A stretch of DNA of 64,000 nt from Lytechinus pictus (Eukaryota), in NCBI RefSeq assembly GCF_037042905.1, contig NC_087252.1, forward strand, positions 11,472,001-11,536,000. The letters run 5' to 3'. Shown piece after piece: positions 37,966 through 52,900 of this stretch (within the stretch, counting starts at the first letter, position 1; every line of letters begins with the position of its first letter). The translations under genes were made by a program, and so were the position numbers. Below the pieces are notes generated by a model. It worked only from the letters and a program-made list of their open reading frames with translations, made no database searches and was not told where the DNA came from.

Positions 37966-40900
37966 CTATCTTCTGTTATTTGTGTTACACAAAATAGCTG
38001 ATTTCATGTTCTTTCCTTGCCTCTGTTGCCGCGTGGTGTTTTGCGAGTCTTGCGTCTGCTTCGCGACGGTTTTCAGCGTGACGAGGGCCGACCCGAGACA
38101 CGCTCTAACTGGCGCCCTCATTTGGCCAGGTAGAGCAAACACGACAGTGCCCACAGTTGCCATGCCATCGTCTGTTGGTTCGGAAGCTATAAGGCCTGGT
38201 ATAAATCTCTCCTGTCAAGAAAAGGTGAGAGAAAAGAGAAGATATATTGAAGAGGGAAATAGACAAACATGTCACAGTGACAATTAAGCCTAACTGTATT
38301 AGTCTACGGCAAACCATATACAAAAAAGCTTACAATTACAGGTGGGTGTTTCATAAAGCTGTTGGTAAGTTAAGAGCGACTCTAAGAACGACTGGTGATC
38401 CTTTATTGTGGTAAATGGTATACACCAAAATCTTTGGCGATGGTTTAGCGTGTAAGAAAGGATCACCAGTCATTCTTAAAGTCACTCTTATCTTATGCAC
38501 AGCTTTATGAAACATCCCCAGGTCAAATCTATTTGGAGTGCATAAAATGATCTAACTTAGTAGAAATTGACTTTGAAGAGGGATTTAACACAGGTTTTTT
38601 ATGTCTAAAAACATGCTCTGACTTGGGTGACTTATGCGAGTTTACCTGTAACTGCAAATACTGATAGCTTTTATCAGCCCACCCCTCTGATAACGTATTG
38701 ACCCCCCCCCAAAAAAAAAAAACTCTCAACAAACATGCCAATCAGTATCTTTTCCTTCCAGTTCTCCCATTTCCCTATACCTGTATACATGACAGACCTT
38801 CAAGGAATGATTGTATGTTTTATCTTATACATGTATGAGAAGTTATAAAGCTCTCAAAATAATAAACCATAACAAGGAGCAAATTGGGTTTGGACATACA
38901 AAAGGGTTGATTATCTTATCTTATGGGATTGCCCATCTTTTATTTTGAAATGAAATAGACAATGAAAAATGAACTTACATTAATAATATCCGAGTTGAGA
39001 GCTGTTTCCTCTGTGTCCCTGTTAGTTGCTGCTCCCCCTCCTACATTATCAGCCTTACCTCTCCTACCAAGTCTATGATGCTTCTTGGGTAATGACTGAC
39101 TCTTAGTCGTCCCACTTGAAGCAGGATGTGTTTGGATGCTAGGGCTCTCGTAGTAGAGTAGGACCTGACCGAATGGTCGACTGGCCCGGTGTTCCATCTC
39201 CAGGAGATGCATGCGTCTGTGTTGGCGCGCCTCCACACCAACCTTTACTTTCCAGATGCCGATCAGGAACGCCAAGAAGAGGAAGAAACAGGAAAGGAAG
39301 ACGGAGAAGAAAATGAAGAGGTCGATATGGGGTTGGTCCTGACGAAAATACATGATGCCCTGCGTCGCGTTTTGGTCCTCGACGCCCCGTCCCATCAGGG
39401 CGATGTAGAAGCGGCGCGAGGTCAAGGTGTGGTAGCGCTTCGGGAACGTGATAACGAGCCTGTTCTGGAGGTTTTGGACGAGCGTGATGAAGTGCTCGTC
39501 CTCGATGCTGATGAATGTGTTCAAGCCGTGCGACTCGATTTCGTTCAGTTCGCTCTGGTCGGGGTCTACTGTCGTTGAGATTGACGAGTTGGATGATCGA
39601 CGCTCCCTGCTTGGTGCGATGATCTCTTGAATGGACCTCCTCTTTCGTTGCATAGCTGCGCTGATATAGTTCTCATCAATACGAATCATCTGCTCCTGGG
39701 TTTCCTCATCATACTCTACTATGAAGACGTCCGAGTCGTAGGTGAGGTAGACATCGAGGGCGCCGTACGTGATATCAACCGTTAACCTAATATCAAGGTC
39801 TGAATACTTGGGCATGATGACAAAGAAAGATGAGGCACCATCGGGCAGAGGTACAGGGTTGATTGGACAATCTGAAAAAAAATTAAAAGATGTTCATTTT
39901 TTTTTTTACATATATAAATAAGCATTTTAATTAAATTAATTGAACCAAATGATATATTGATAATGTGAAGATATAGATAGTAGATAAGACATTAAATTTA
40001 AATAAACGGAACATGTTTCAGAGTCTGCACATCTAATCATCAGCCTGAAAATACCACAAAACAACAAATTTCCAGGGGCCCATATTACTAAGCTTAGCAA
40101 TCATTGTAGGACATTTTTAACAATTGATTGCATCGACTACAATGTATAATTAAACATGAAATCAAGCGTACATAAATGACTATCCATTGTGTTATGGGAC
40201 CAAGGTATCAATTCAGGATGGCCAAAGTTAAAGAAAGATGAATTGTTCCAAAACAAATAATAACAAAATTAATGTTACTAAATAGGTTCATTATTGCGGA
40301 CTGAAATAATCGCTAGAGGGTATTCATTTGTCTCGCAATCTACTATGGTCGAAAAGGACATTTGTGATCACTCTCGCAAAAAGTGTTCACTAGCTTTCTA
40401 GGAAATTTGTGATCACTCTCGCAAAAAGTGTTCACTTGCTTACAAGTTCACGAGCTTTCGAGTGCCGCTGCAACTCTTGATCAAGTGACGAAAATTATCT
40501 GATAACGTAGTCTATTTATACCAATCCAGAGGACCGTACGCACGAACGCGGGAACAATAGGTGGGCACTGATCAGTCGAAAGCTCGTGAACTTGTAAGCT
40601 AGTAAACACTTTTTGCGAGAGTGATCACAAATTTCCTAGAAAGCTAGTGAACACTTTTTGCGAGAGTGATCACAATTTCCTTGTTGACCATAGTAGATTG
40701 CGAGACAAAATTAATGCTGTAACAAGAAATAAAATCAAAAGTTAACAAAATTGAGAAAGAAATGACAAAATAGGAGTGCTGGGAAAGTTAAAAGAGAACA
40801 CTAGTTGTGATGGTATACGTACCATTTTGGCTTTCTGGATTGAAGCATATATCATTATCAACGTGCATCTGTCTGTAACATTGATGACTGTCGGTAGGTG

Positions 40901-43900
40901 TGCCTTTAAACAGATCATTCAGGCATTGGGAACACTGCAATAAACCATCAAAGATAGGTTAAACTTACACAAGGTGGTAGGAAAGAGAAATGAATGGTTC
41001 TACTATGGTATATCCGGTATACTGTAGCCAAACTAATCATTAACAATGGTATGATAGCTGTACCAGGCATTGGGAAAACTGCAATAATCTAAGACAATGC
41101 ACTAATCAACATCATCATCATCATCATCTGGTTTATGGGAGTGAGGTTATCCTGTAGATCTCCCGAACGTCGACAAAGTCATAATGTATCAATTCACAAC
41201 ATTGTACGTGATGCAAGTGTGTGTGGATATCGTGGTACATAGAACTGTTTGCTTTGCCAGTTTATCCAAGCCAGTTTTGAAAGTGGCAAGATTACGTGCA
41301 GATGAAATGGAATACAGAAAAGAGAACTTGATTGGTATCCATACAGTATATACTCCATTTGTTGGGAATCTTATCCTCCAACTAATTTACAATCTAATTT
41401 GTAACAATTTTTTTTCTTTTTTAAGTATATAAATAAATATTTTGCACTTCGTCTAATACTTCTTAACATCAGGGTGTGAGCATGAAGTAAATAATTACAT
41501 CATTCCAGAAGAAAAAGTTTAGTTCCCCTGTTAAAATAAATATGCAGAAATATTGAGATATGGTTTATCTCATTGATTCTATCACTTGCATGACATTGTC
41601 CATGACCTTGACAATGACATTGGTTTTACCTGAATGTCATGGTCAATGTTGGATACCATACCTGGTGTTCCCAGCATGGTTCAGTGTACTTACTGTATTA
41701 GATGGACATAAAAGTGACATGGTGTTATTCTGACACGCACTGCACTGACCATGACCTTGACAATGACCTTGAAAGTATAAATGAGAAGGTCATGGTCAAT
41801 GTCAGGTATCTTACCTGGTGCTCCCAGCATGGTTCAGGGTATTTATCAGAAGGACATGAGGGTGACAAGGTGTTATTCTGGCACACATTGCATTCTCCAT
41901 CAACCTTATCACATGTATCACCGTGGCCATTGCAGTCACATCTACAAGAAAGAAAGATTAGATTCATGTCATATGGAGTGGATCATATTATCGAACATTT
42001 TTTTTTTCAATTTAATCATGACTCATTCAATCAATATTCACATAAATTTCATCAAACTTCCACCATGAATACACAAATACCTACAATAAATAAAGATTTT
42101 GCCATGATCATTTTTCTTTTTTACATTATCAGCTTCCGATCACACCCCTCATAGCATCTATGATATGTTTTGATCACTTGAAGATGGTATAGTATTACCG
42201 CACTGTGTTTTCTCTCTGTGGGAAGAGTTGGATAATTCAGAAAACCACTAATGAACTACTTCCACAGTTTAATATGTTGGAGAATACGACATGAATGACA
42301 TGCGTGCCAATTTTCGTTGTGATTGTGCAATTAAGAACCGAGATCTGGGGTGGGGGGCCAAAAAACCTTTCAGCCAATCAGATGCAAGGATTTTCAGTAG
42401 CTTATAACAATAGTCATTGAAAATCATTAATTGTTTCATGAATTGCACCCCTGAATAGTTGGCGACACGACAATAGTTCCGGCAACAATTGCTCCAGGCT
42501 TTAATTCTTATAAGATATAAAGTTAGGGTTAGGGTTGCAATAGGGTTTTATGCTAATTTAGGGTAAGGTAAAGGATAGGGTTATACATGTAGGGTTAAAT
42601 CTGGGGTTGAAGTTGGTCTTTCCACTAATTAGTGGAAATTGCAGCGGAGCAATTGTCGCCAGAGCAAATGTCATGGAGCCAAACAGTCGTACTTACCTCT
42701 GGCAGTGTTCGTCAAGTTTGAAGTAACCATCTATACAGGTCTCACAGCGGTCGCCCTCGCTGTGGTTACTACATCCGATGCAGAAGACATCGTCTGTTAG
42801 TGGACCACTGTCAAACAGCTCTGAGATCTAAGGAAGTCAATCGATTGAAAGAGATTATAATTTAAGTAATAATCAACATTGATGAAGGAGATGGACTCCT
42901 GCGATTTTGGGTATTCCTGCTTTTCATATTTGTATTGTAAGGAGAAAACACTATATGAATGATGATGAAATATGATTGACTGGTCCCTCTATGTGTGTGT
43001 TTCATGTTAATAATAAGGTAACGAATTACTACTTTCGAGGCAAGCTGGACTTAGCTATCTTTCTGAAGTGAAGCTGAGGAATGATTGTGTGTACATCCAG
43101 CTCACAAGACTTCACTATGAAAGAGCAATCATCCTCTGTATGTTGATAAGTCATAACATTGACACCACACAAAGCTAAATGAATCACTCCGAAAAGCCGT
43201 TCTTGTGCTTAGAAGAGGCCCCCTGATTTTCCTTATGTTTAAACAAATTTGGACTGAATCTCCTATATATCTAGCCTTCCCCTATAGTATAAATCAGATT
43301 TTGTCGAAAAATAGCACACATTCTCAGTTAAGTGTGGTATATAACGTATCACCTCATTGGTCAGAGCCGTGGAAAACTAGAAAAGAGCACAGGAAACTCC
43401 CAGAGGATCTACAGTGTATTGTAGTACAGTGTCACAAATTTCGGCTGGTGAGTTCAAAAAGTAGCCCCAGCAATTGTTTTAATAATTTTTCTCCTTGGTC
43501 AGATCGGGCATACTGACGGGATGCGCTCCAATGTATAGTAACGAGATTGCATCGTGAATATGATGGCTCATTAGAGGCAACTCTTTGTTTAACACATCCA
43601 GATTTTAACTTTTGGGAATCAAAAGGATCAAAGAATCTAGTTCAGCAACAATCAACAGTTTGATAAAATCCCCCAAAGGGTTTGTTTCATGTAGCATCTT
43701 TTCACTGATTTCCATTGACTTCATTTGTTCTGAGCCAATCAGAAGCAAGGATTTCAGTAGCTTATGACAGTTTCCAGTGAAAGTCATCGACTATTAGTCA
43801 TGATGGTAATTTTTCATGGATACCTTGATTGTGATTGGCTGCAGAGCCCTGTTACCATGGTAGTTGCTATAATGGATAAGTTAAAATAGTAAAAAAGTCT

Positions 43901-46900
43901 CAAATATACTAACATTGTGTATGGGTCTTGTTGGGAAAGTGCTACGATAATCCTCATACTGGTGCACTGAGAGACATTGGTTGGTGTTTCCATTGCAATG
44001 CTCTATGCATGGTGTGCAGGAACCACCGTCTACTGGATAACCGACGAACAGCGGCAAGCAATGCTCACAATGATCACCCTGGAGAATGGGAAAAAAAATT
44101 ATTGGGGATGATTATTGGTGGCCACTGTAAGGTATCCTGTCATATCAACAATAGTGACAATCTGTAATAAATCCCTGCAAACCCTGAAACGAAAATAGGA
44201 AAATTGCACTGTTTGCTATACAGACAGACCCCCCCCCCCCCCCGAAAAAAGAAAGGAAAACAGCGGTTGAAATGGCTCCCTCTTTCACCCAAAATCTCTA
44301 CTTAATGATGGCAGGTATGGAATATCAAAACAAAAATTATTTCATAAATCATGATATATTACTTTGCATCTACCATTTATCACTGGTTAACAAAATAAAT
44401 AAGAAGTTTTAATTACTCACCTTTGTGTTATTATGGCACTCCAAACAGACGTGTCTATCTCTTTCACTGAGACAATTACTGTGACCATTACACAGACACT
44501 CGGTGCTGCAGTTGTGCCCAACGTAGCCAAAGAAGCATTCACACTGCTCAGGGGCAATGCACACTCCATGATCACCACACATCTGGGTGCAAACTGGCTT
44601 GCAGGGACTGTCATCACTGTCAATAAAAAATAGGATTTTTTAAATGATTTATATCAACATCTAATTATTAACATCAGGGCAATTCCACAACCAAGATCAC
44701 TATTCATACCTTCAACACATTCAACATGATTGCAATTTATATGTTCCATGCTGCCATCGTTAGCATAATGATCACCATCTTACATTCAAATGATGTGTAC
44801 TTTATGTATACATACATTCCTCATCCCCCCCATGATTGCCATTCATACATTTAACAACGCAATCATAATGATCATCATGCCTGACCTACCCTCTCATATC
44901 CTGCCTTACAATTGCATTCACATGAAGTGTAAGTATCGGTATAGTCTTTATTCTCCTCACAATCATGATTGCCATTCATACATTCAATAAATTCAACATG
45001 ATTGCTATCTATACAATCAATGCTGCAATCAAAATCATCATCATCATCATCCCCATGCCTACCTTTCTCTCTCATATCCAGCCTTACAGTTGCATTCAAA
45101 TGATGTATAAGTATCAATACAGTCCTTATTTTCTCTGCAATCATGATTGCCATTCATGCAATCAATGCTGCAATCATCATCACTATTGTCATCCCCATGC
45201 CTACCTTTCTCTCTCATATCCAGCCTTACAGTTGCATTCAAACGATGTGTAAGTATTGGTACAGTCCTCATTCTCTCCACAGTCATGATTACCATTCATG
45301 CAATCAATGCTGCAATCATCATCACTATTATCAACCCATGCTTACCTTTCTCTCTCATATCCAGCCTTACAGTTGCATTCAAATGATGTGTAAGTATTGG
45401 TACAATCCTCATTCTCTCCAGTCATGATTGCCATTCATGCAATCAATGCTGCAATCATCATCACTATTGTCATCCCCATGCCTACCTTTCTCTCACATAT
45501 CCAGCCTTACAGTTGGATTCAAACGATGTGTAAGTATCGGTACAGTCCTCATTCTCTCCACAGTCATGATTGCCATTCATGAAATCAATGCTGCAATCAT
45601 CATCACCATTATCATCCCCATGCCTACCTTTCTCTCTCATATCCAGCCTTACAGTTGCATTCAAATGATGTGTAAGTATCGGTACAGTCCTCATTCTCCC
45701 CACAGTCATGATTGCCGTTAGTGCATTCATCCTCTGGTGGACATGTAAGGTACTTCCATTGTGGGTTTCCAGAAATGCCTCCTATGGTGGCATTCGCTAC
45801 AGCAGCTGCAAGAGAAACAATGATTTTCAGGAATTAAATTTAGATACTTTTAGGGCAAGGCAACTACTCTATGGAGTACATTTCTCTATAAACAGCACAA
45901 ATAGAGACAATTTTAAACAAGCACATAAGGCAAATGAAAGGGCAGACCTGCCAACCTCTGAGAATGAAAAATTGTATTCTGTGATTAAAAAAAAATGTAT
46001 TTTTCCCCCCAAAAGTGTATTTCATAATAAAATGCGCGGCGCACTCGCTCATCGCGATGCTCAAGCTGCATGCAAGCTAAAATGCGCACTGCTCTTGCAG
46101 ATGAAAAAAAAACATTGAAACGTGTGTATATCTCACCCTGGTTTAAACAAAAACAAAAAAAAACAAAAAAAAATTACCTGAATTTACATTAATCTTATAA
46201 CCATATTTGTGCAAGTTTTATGAAATAGAGACATATAGAGATGATTTTTCTCAATAAATTACGATTTTGTAAAATCGTACTTTTTAAAGAAAAAACGTAC
46301 TGCCGTATTTTGGTTGTAAAAACGTACTAAATACGCCAAAAACGTACTGGTTGGCAGGTCTGAAAGGGGTCTTGAGGCTTATCAATAGGGCATCCGCAGC
46401 CATGGCCTTGGATGGCATTATATCAATTTATGTCATGGATTTTAGAAGATTTTTCCAAAAGGCCAACTAAGTATGTATGTCTGAATCCCTTTATGTGGGA
46501 TCTTCCTCAAATGATTTACCTATGTTTTCTTGTTCATGGCTTGAGTAATTAATGAGGTGAAGTTTAAGAAAAGAAAGAAAGATGGAGACCGTATATGTAT
46601 GTACAAAAAGAATAAATATTTAATGGAATTGCCATTATTTATAATGCAACTTTTACCAATTAAACACAATCTGTCAAATACTCAAGATTTCATGGAATGT
46701 TGAAGACTTACTTTGGGAAATTTGAATACCTAAGGCATTTCTGGCTATCAAACAACATATAGTGTTGAATGTTCGATGCAAGATTTCTAAATTATTTTCA
46801 GATCAAACATTCAACCTTATCACTGGATGATGGCCAGGAATGCCTTTATAAAAGTTAAGATTTCAGTTGGCAAAAGCCACATTTTCTTGCAACCATATCA

Positions 46901-49900
46901 GTAGGAAATGTAAATGAAATACTAAAATATTAAATTAAGAGGAAAGGAAGACAAATTAATTTTACAGCTGCAAGTAGTAAACTATATTCATTTGCAAAAA
47001 AGGGCATTTCTTTTTTATCTTAAGACCGTTCCGGGGACATTCATAGTGTAGTTTATAGTCAAAGAAATAAATTGTGTCGGGAACTCGTTGGCTGCAGTAA
47101 ATAAATATTGTTTTAAAAAATGGATAACCGTGATTAATAAAGTATCATATCCATCTTTAGCCGTAGCGCCAGGAATGAGCTCTTTGGTGTAAAAACCGCT
47201 TGCAAACCAATTCTGCACATTGAAGAATAAACGCTGACTAAACAAAAGAAAATTATAAACTGATTGATTGAAATTGCCATTGCATACAATGACATGTTCA
47301 AATAAAATTGGAATCATGCAGTATTTTGTTTGTTATACACAAAGAAAACTCAGACCATGACACCCATCATGATTTTTGCATCCAATATGATTCTATAACA
47401 TATTTACATCAGGAAAATCTAAAAAAAACTTACCAGGTAGAGGACCATGGATGGAACTAATCTCCTGACTAGAGCATACACCATCGATAGGACCCAACAG
47501 ACCACCGGACAGGCAGATACCGGTCCCATTGAAACCAGGGACCGGGCACCAACCGCACCACGCCTGGTGGAGGCAATGGGAACACTGGGTGTTGGCAAAA
47601 CACTGGGTGGGGCAGTTGTCCGACGCCCCTTGGGCTACGGGTCCGCACTCGCCCACGGCGCAGCGTAGGTGGAGGAATGTTGGCGACATGCACTGTATAG
47701 AGATCAGGATATTTGTGTTACTTTGCAAAGTATTTACAGTTTATGGATTATTCTTTGCGTCCAAGAATAAATAAAACAGATAATTATTTATGAGTGAAGA
47801 GGAGGTTCTACACTTTAAGGCGACCGCACACCTTACGATTGGTCTGCGACTCAATTTTGGAATAAAACGTACTAGTAGTAGAATTTGATGCTTATATTAA
47901 GACTTGGAATATCATACTGTGTAATGTTCGAAATCATCGTACGAATACCTATGTTCAAATTTTTGACTATGCTATCATCCTTCTTAGAATAAAAGCAAAT
48001 TTAATATCTAGTCGCAATGACGTCATAGCAGTCATACGATTGGCTACGATTTTTTTTAAAATAATTTGGCCTTTACTCCAAAATAAAAGCTTGCAATCTT
48101 CCAAACTGATTATATTAGTATTCTTTCAATCAATTTTTAACCTCAAATAAAATGATATGTTCCATTCACATTTTCAGAAAATGAGCAAAATGCGATTTGT
48201 TCCAAAATCGGATCGCGAACAGTCGTAAGGTGTGCGGTAGCCTTTACAATAATGATAGGTCCTTTGTCTGCTCTATATTTGACTAGGTTATGACAAAGCA
48301 TACATAAATTTTTGTTTTTTTTTCTGAGACACATTGTAAAGTGAAACCCTAAACAAATATCTTGGTGCAGTACACCAACAATTTTAGGAGTATGCTTTTA
48401 TACCGACATCTAACATGATTCTTATGTCAGAAATCAATGCAAACTTGTCCAAATTAACCCAGCAAACATCTTTCTCTTCTTGCTTGCTTTCTATTTTACA
48501 CATAAACGAATTACACGACACTTGCTTAACCTCTCTTAAAATATGCAGCACTAACAGCAAAAAGAACAAGTCCCTTTGCAAGTATTTCATGGTAATGAAT
48601 CATGAGTTAATCCTTAGGGTTGCCTATCCCCATACATTGATAATTTTTACATTCTCCACATACTCAAATCATGTTATATGTCATGTGGAATGTTGTGGCC
48701 CAGTGGATTAGTCTTCTGACTTTGAAACAAAGGGTCGTGGCTTCGAATCCAAGCCATGGCATAATTTCCTTCAGCAAGAAATTCATCCACATTGTGCTGC
48801 ACTCAACCCAGGTGAGTCAAATTGGTACCCGGCAGGATTAATTCCTTGAAAGCACGAGCGCTGAAAGGCAGCTCGAGCTAAAGCTGGGGTAATAATAATA
48901 ATAACGCCATGCCTCGGAATAGAATATTTCTAGATAGATGGCGCTACATGTATATAAATGCCTCTTATTATTATTATTATTATATGGTTAGCAAGTACAA
49001 GTTATTAGAGTCTGTGAATAAGAGATTAATGGCTCGGCCTAAATATAAGGATCTTTTTCTTACTGAGGGCTGCTACCCCTCAGTACGATTCTGAACCATA
49101 ATGTAATCTTGTACACCAATTTGTCACACATGTATTTTAACTTTGTATTACATTTGTTTTTATGTAAAGGTTTTACTGAGAGAATAAAACAATTTGAATT
49201 TACCTGGTTCAACCAAGGGCTCCACATGCACTCCTGCCAGCCCCCATCGGCCCCCTGCGAAGTCAGGCACTCACCACAGGTGGTATGCCGATGGCATGGG
49301 GTGGGGCAGGATAGGGGAGGGATCGCAGAGATGTTGTAGTGGTGGGGAGCCACGGTGAGTAGGTGGTTACTGAAGCAATTCCAGTCATAGATGGGACGGT
49401 AGTTCAGGAGGCGCCTTGTCTCACCTAAAAGATTAAGGCGCGATATGGTATGAAACTTGAGGGTGTTTCGTAAGGCTGTAAGTTTTATGCAGGAAATGTG
49501 CAATCAAGGTCAGCCACAGAGGCTAACCGCCGTGTGATCTGTGCCCAATTTGCCTATTTCTGTTTGGTCTCATCCCACATAGTCCAATCCAGGTTATTTT
49601 TTCATTCGGTCTCCCAACATTTCAGTCTAATTACAAGTTGGCTCTATTTCCAGTTGGTTAACTCAAATACATACATGTATATGAACGGATCAATGATTAT
49701 CTGTCTAGTGGTTCTGACTCTCATCTTTCAATCAAAGGGTCGTGGGTTTGCATTTCAGCCATGAAATATTATCCTTCAGCAAGAAATTTACCCTCATTGT
49801 GCTGCACTTAATACAGGTGAGGTGAATGGGTAATGGTAGGATTAATTCCTTGAATGCACTAAGCGGCCAAAGGCAGCTCAAGCTAAAGCCATGGAATGAT

Positions 49901-52900
49901 AATAGTGCTAATAGTGAAAAAAAAAATTCTAGATAGATGGTGCTATACAAATGCATATTACTATTATTATAATTATCTAATTGTTGAACAATAGGTATCT
50001 GAGACGCTTACTTGAACGTTTAAATTGCCTGGTCCAAACACACGCGCTGTTTCCTGTGGTACACTTGGTGCAATCACTTGCTTCACAGTTAGTCTCAGAA
50101 CACTGACTTCTATCATGGATCTCTTTCTGGGTCTCCACCTGACAGTTGTGTTCCTCCATGCAGTTAGCAGCAGTCGGGATGCAGGCACCATCGGGGCAAT
50201 TGTAACACCACTTACAGGTCTAGGAACAAGAATAATACGATGATGCTATAGTCAGTCATCCAGGTTTTATATCCAGTTAGTCCCCGACCACTCAAAAGAG
50301 ATCACCCTCACCCCCTATCTCCAATTTTACTTTATTTGGTGCATCCTCCTCACTCGACCAAACCCTCCTACTCTCCTCCAACACTTGCTTCTTCAATGTC
50401 TTCTTCGGTCATCCCCTCCTCCTCTGACAAACCACCTCCCCTCTGACCATCCCCTCCCCCCCCTTTCAGACCAACCCATCTATAACAATGAACCTAACAA
50501 GTGGAGTTGACGCTTGGACTCAATCTACTGATGACGGAGCAATATAAAAGTTTCATGATCTGACTGGTCTTTCAGAACTCCTACAGCCAATCTGAAGCTT
50601 TGTTCCAGGGTCAAAATTGTGAATTAACCCACGTATCATTAACATTCCACAATCTTAACAAAGGTGAAGTGGCTACTGATTATTTTTTCAGCAGACGAAA
50701 GTTTGTCAAAATTTGAAAATACCACTTTCAGATGTATATAGCCCTTTTTCTTTTAAAAAGAGCAATTTAAGCATTTAACTTAAAAACCTAATGATTGGAT
50801 ATCAAAGAGGTACTGACAAAGATTATATCCTGAAATTTTCAGCCCATTCCATTCTAGGGAAGTTTTTTATTCAAAAAAAAAAATTCAGATATTCCATTTT
50901 TTATTTCAGACCCCAAACTTTACAATTTTTTGTTTCCCATAATAAGGGCTAATACTATGATAATGCACACGGACACTGTGCATATGGCAGGAAATTCCCT
51001 GTCTGATATCACACCTTAGTTTTTAGTTCCCCTTGGAAAATACAAAGAAATGGAAAGAAATTATGAAAATAATGAACACAGTAATATAAAGATGTTAATA
51101 ATGAATGAACATATTGAGTAGTGATTTAATGTGTTATCATTCAAGTGGGCCTACATGTATATGACAAGACTACACTGCTGGAAATGTTGCACAATTGAAA
51201 GAAAGAAATGGATCAGTATTTATCCATGGCAATGATGATATTTTACCTGTTGTGCTGATAGATGTGATGGGTAGACCGTAACACACTCACTGCAGATGGT
51301 CAGCTTACTACAGTTCCTACCTTCAATCAATGCATTGTTGCATAGGGTACCGTTCAACAACTGGTTCGGAGACTCACAGCTAAGAAAGACATTCAAAACA
51401 ATATAATAAAAGGATAAATTATAAATCATTTTATGTATAAGCTTGGCAAATTTTGAGTTTTTTGTCTGCGTTCTGTCTTAAAGATAATTGTGAAACATTC
51501 AAATTAAACACAAATTGTGATTGTGCCATCTGTACTCACTTATATAGTGCCTAATAGTCTATATTAGAAGTATTTAAGTGCTCTCCAATAAATGCAGTAT
51601 TTTATGGTTATTTCAGAAAATGTTGGAAGGTATAACAATGGCATTTACCCCAGGCCAAATCCCTAACATCACCATCTTCACCATCATCATCCCCTCCACC
51701 TTTGTGGAGGTGTTTTTTTTTCCATTTATAAAATCTACATTGTAATACAAGCAATACGCTACTGCATCAATTATGAACTAAGGTTGTAAAATGAACACTC
51801 CCTCACCTAGAGGATGAGTCGTCATCATACGAGAAGCATGCAACCAAGGTGGAATTACTCATCACACAAGCCGAGCATCCCGGCGAAGATAAACATCCCT
51901 CACTGGTGGTATGCAGGTTACAGAGATCTGAAGGCATGTCGGCTGTGTTCATGGATCCGTAGGTGGAGCCATCGTAGCCCCCGAAGAGGTAGACGGTATC
52001 ATCCTTGGTGGTGGCTGCGTGACTGTGGAGAGCCCTGGGTTGGGCTCCAGTGGACCAACCTGGGATAAAGAAGGAAGACAGTAACTTATTATACAGGTAC
52101 TTATTTTATTCAAAGACAGGTGAATCTGGTGAGGTTGATTGATTTGAAGTTTGAGGACACTACCAACACAATCTGTCATAGGAGTGTCTGAATAGTTATG
52201 CTAAATGGTAGGATTTGTTTAATGTTATGTACATGATCTATGGATTGAATTACAAAGTAAATGAGAGTAAATAAAAAGAGTTAACTACTTCACCACGAAA
52301 AAATGTTTTGGGATAACAGAAATCTGTTCAACTCCGGCAAAATTTGACTTAAAAGATGTAAACGATGCAATTTACATACTCAGGTATAAAAAAAAAAAAG
52401 AGCTTAGGGACTTGGGAGAGCAATTTACTTTTTGAGGGTTGACTTACGCAGAGTCTATTGTATACTGAGATCTGCCTATAAAGACCGCTCATAGGAGACA
52501 AGAAAATAGACTTCATGAGCAGGTGGTCTTCATAGACAGGATTTTAAAGGTCAAGTCAACCTTAGAAAAGTGTTGATTTGAATCAATAAAGAAAAATCAG
52601 ACAAGCATTATACTGAAAATTTCATCAAAATCAGATGTTAAATAAGAAAGTTATGACATTTTAAAGTTTCGCTTATTTTTCACAAAATAGTTGCACAATT
52701 TAGTCACATGCAAATGAGAGAATCGATGATGTCCCTCACTCTCTATTTCTTTTGTTTTTATTGTTTGAATTGAACAATATTTCAATCTTTACAGATATGA
52801 CAATAAGGTCCAACTTGACTGAACCATAAAATGTTAAACAATGGTAATTCAACATTTTCAGGGAGAAATAAAACTTTTTTTCACAGGACAATGAGGAGAA

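Noticed and set aside
42515..42610. Interstitial telomeric repeat
   Set aside because: Only a couple of exact TTAGGG units, forming the core of a MITE family also seen near 32900.
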